Shown: in pieces, positions 62,910 through 64,000 of the stretch
How positions within the stretch are numbered: position 1 is the first letter of the stretch
How the letters are laid out: every line of letters begins with the position of its first letter
NCBI GenBank assembly: GCA_013178315.1
Contig: JABLWX010000001.1
Location: 5,716-69,715, forward strand
Reading direction: 5' to 3'
Origin: Candidatus Aminicenantes bacterium
GTDB taxonomy: Bacteria; Acidobacteriota; Aminicenantia; Aminicenantales; Saccharicenantaceae
Length of the DNA: 64,000 nucleotides
Program-made: the position numbers and the translations under genes
Notes under the pieces: generated by a model
What the model was told of the DNA's origin: nothing
The model's database searches: none
What the model saw: only the letters and a program-made list of their open reading frames with translations

Positions 62910-64000
62910 GTGGCAAAAGCCTTAGTGATTGTTGAGTCCCCGGCCAAGGCCAAGACCGTCAACCGCTATCTCGGTTCCGGTTACCTGGTCAAGGCCTCAA
63001 TGGGACACGTCTGCGACCTGCCGAAGACCAAGCTGGGCGTGGACCTGAAGAACGATTTTAAGCCCACCTACCAGGTTATTCCCGAGAGGAAACGTCTGGT
63101 AGCCGAGCTCAGAAAGTTGGCCAGAGAGTCCGAAAAGGTCATTCTGGCGGCCGACCCGGACCGGGAAGGCGAGGCCATTTCCTGGCACCTGAGCCAGCTC
63201 CTGGCCGAGGAGAACGAGAAAGTCTACCGGGCAGTTTTCCACGAAATCACGGAAGAAGCCATCAAGGAAGCATTTAAGAAACTGGGACCGCTGGACCAGA
63301 ACAAAATCAACGCCCAGCAGACCAGGAGAATCCTGGACCGCCTGGTGGGCTACCTGATAAGTCCCCTTCTGTGGAAAAAAATCGGTCGCGGCCTGAGCGC
63401 CGGCCGGGTGCAGTCGGTGGCCCTGCGCCTCATCTGCGACCGGGAAAGAGAAATAAGGGATTTTAAGCCTGAAGAATACTGGACGATTGCCGCCATCCTC
63501 CGGGCTGAGAATCCCCCGGAATTCCGGGCCCTGCTCGCCCGGGTGGACGGCAAGAAAGCCAGGATAAAGGATGAGAAGACTGCTCAGGAGATCCTGGAAG
63601 TCTGCCGCCGGCAGCCCTTTATCCTGGAAAAAATCCAGGTCAAGGCCAAGAAGAAGAATCCACCGGCCCCCTACATAACCTCGACCATGCAGCAGGACGC
63701 CTACCGGCTGCTGCGCTTTCCGGTCAAGAAGACCATGATGGTGGCCCAGCGGCTGTACGAAGGACTGGAGCTGGGGGAGCTGGGCCCGGTCGGGTTGATC
63801 ACCTACATGCGCACCGATTCGGTCCGGATTTCCGAAGTGGCCAGGGCTGCGGCCAAGAAGTATATAGCCGAGAATTTCGGCCCCGAGTATGTGCCGGCCA
63901 AGGCTGCCCCTCACAAGTCCAGGAAGACCGCGCAGGAAGCCCATGAAGCCATCCGCCCGACCCACCTGGAGCTCACCCCGGAAAGGGTTAAGCCGTACTT
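62910..64000 (+). CDS. topA: DNA topoisomerase I, N-terminal 363 codons (gene continues past the right window edge)
   Basis: Absent from the ORF track because no stop lies in the window. GTG 62910 follows the dprA stop. VAKALVIVESPAKAKTVNRYLG..., TOPRIM DPDREGEAISWH and active-site ITYMRTDS. The dprA-topA order is a common synteny. Confidence 0.95.
   Translation, partial: MAKALVIVESPAKAKTVNRYLGSGYLVKASMGHVCDLPKTKLGVDLKNDFKPTYQVIPERKRLVAELRKLARESEKVILAADPDREGEAISWHLSQLLAEENEKVYRAVFHEITEEAIKEAFKKLGPLDQNKINAQQTRRILDRLVGYLISPLLWKKIGRGLSAGRVQSVALRLICDREREIRDFKPEEYWTIAAILRAENPPEFRALLARVDGKKARIKDEKTAQEILEVCRRQPFILEKIQVKAKKKNPPAPYITSTMQQDAYRLLRFPVKKTMMVAQRLYEGLELGELGPVGLITYMRTDSVRISEVARAAAKKYIAENFGPEYVPAKAAPHKSRKTAQEAHEAIRPTHLELTPERVKPY

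Noticed and set aside
62997-63965. 322-aa minus-strand ORF at the right end of the window
   Set aside because: The plus strand here encodes an unmistakable TopA N-terminus (TOPRIM domain and active-site Tyr region). It is missing from the ORF track only because it has no stop in the window.
1-64000. Searched by eye for CRISPR repeats, IS or transposase ends, integrases, phage genes, toxin-antitoxin pairs, retron/DGR-like repeats, rRNA, tmRNA, RNase P RNA, SRP RNA and sigma-54 (TGGCAC-N5-TTGC) promoters
   Set aside because: None found. The PIN-domain gene is the housekeeping YacL type with TM and TRAM domains, not a VapC toxin. The TGGCAC-like strings seen all lie inside coding sequence without the TTGC partner.

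Overview
Moderately GC-rich, very densely coding chromosomal segment (about 70 genes; many start/stop overlaps) from a diderm bacterium. I cannot assign a taxon from sequence alone. The window covers the replication-origin neighbourhood: rpmB, a DnaA-box cluster, then dnaA-dnaN at 28.5-31.6 kb. Left to right: (1) a seven-gene minus-strand operon of ECF sigma, ZAS anti-sigma, LTXXQ protein and MacAB-type efflux pump, plus a TolC-like gene cut by the left edge; (2) apgM; (3) an AMIN-amidase followed by a Tat-signal DUF362 protein and a NapH-like membrane polyferredoxin; (4) yceD-rpmF, a spacer, then fabG-acpP-fabF; (5) a small ORF coupled to polA; (6) a GNAT-like gene; (7) a 12-gene Mrp/complex-I-like group 4 [NiFe]-hydrogenase operon with its endopeptidase; (8) dnaN-dnaA, rpmB, relA/spoT, a GT9 heptosyltransferase and an FmdB zinc-ribbon protein; (9) a signal-peptide Memo-AMMECR1 fusion; (10) lolB-like, ispE, tRNA-Gln, prs, rplY, pth; (11) rpsF-rpsR-rplI-dnaB; (12) mlaE-mlaF-MCE; (13) radA, yacL-like, ispF; (14) a 962-aa NAD-glutamate dehydrogenase; (15) a minus-strand Rrf2, OprO/P porin, pstSCAB operon; (16) DUF1573, DUF167, nupC, a tandem USP, dprA and the 5' part of topA, which runs off the right edge. 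There is one tRNA (Gln-UUG). I saw no rRNA, CRISPR array, transposase, integrase, phage gene or recognisable defence system. Nothing is clearly a new system. The candidates most worth follow-up are the Tat-DUF362 plus polyferredoxin pair, the three-antiporter [NiFe]-hydrogenase, the Rrf2-headed phosphate-uptake operon and the secreted Memo-AMMECR1 fusion. All calls rest on reading translated motifs, synteny and consensus matching by eye. No database search was run.
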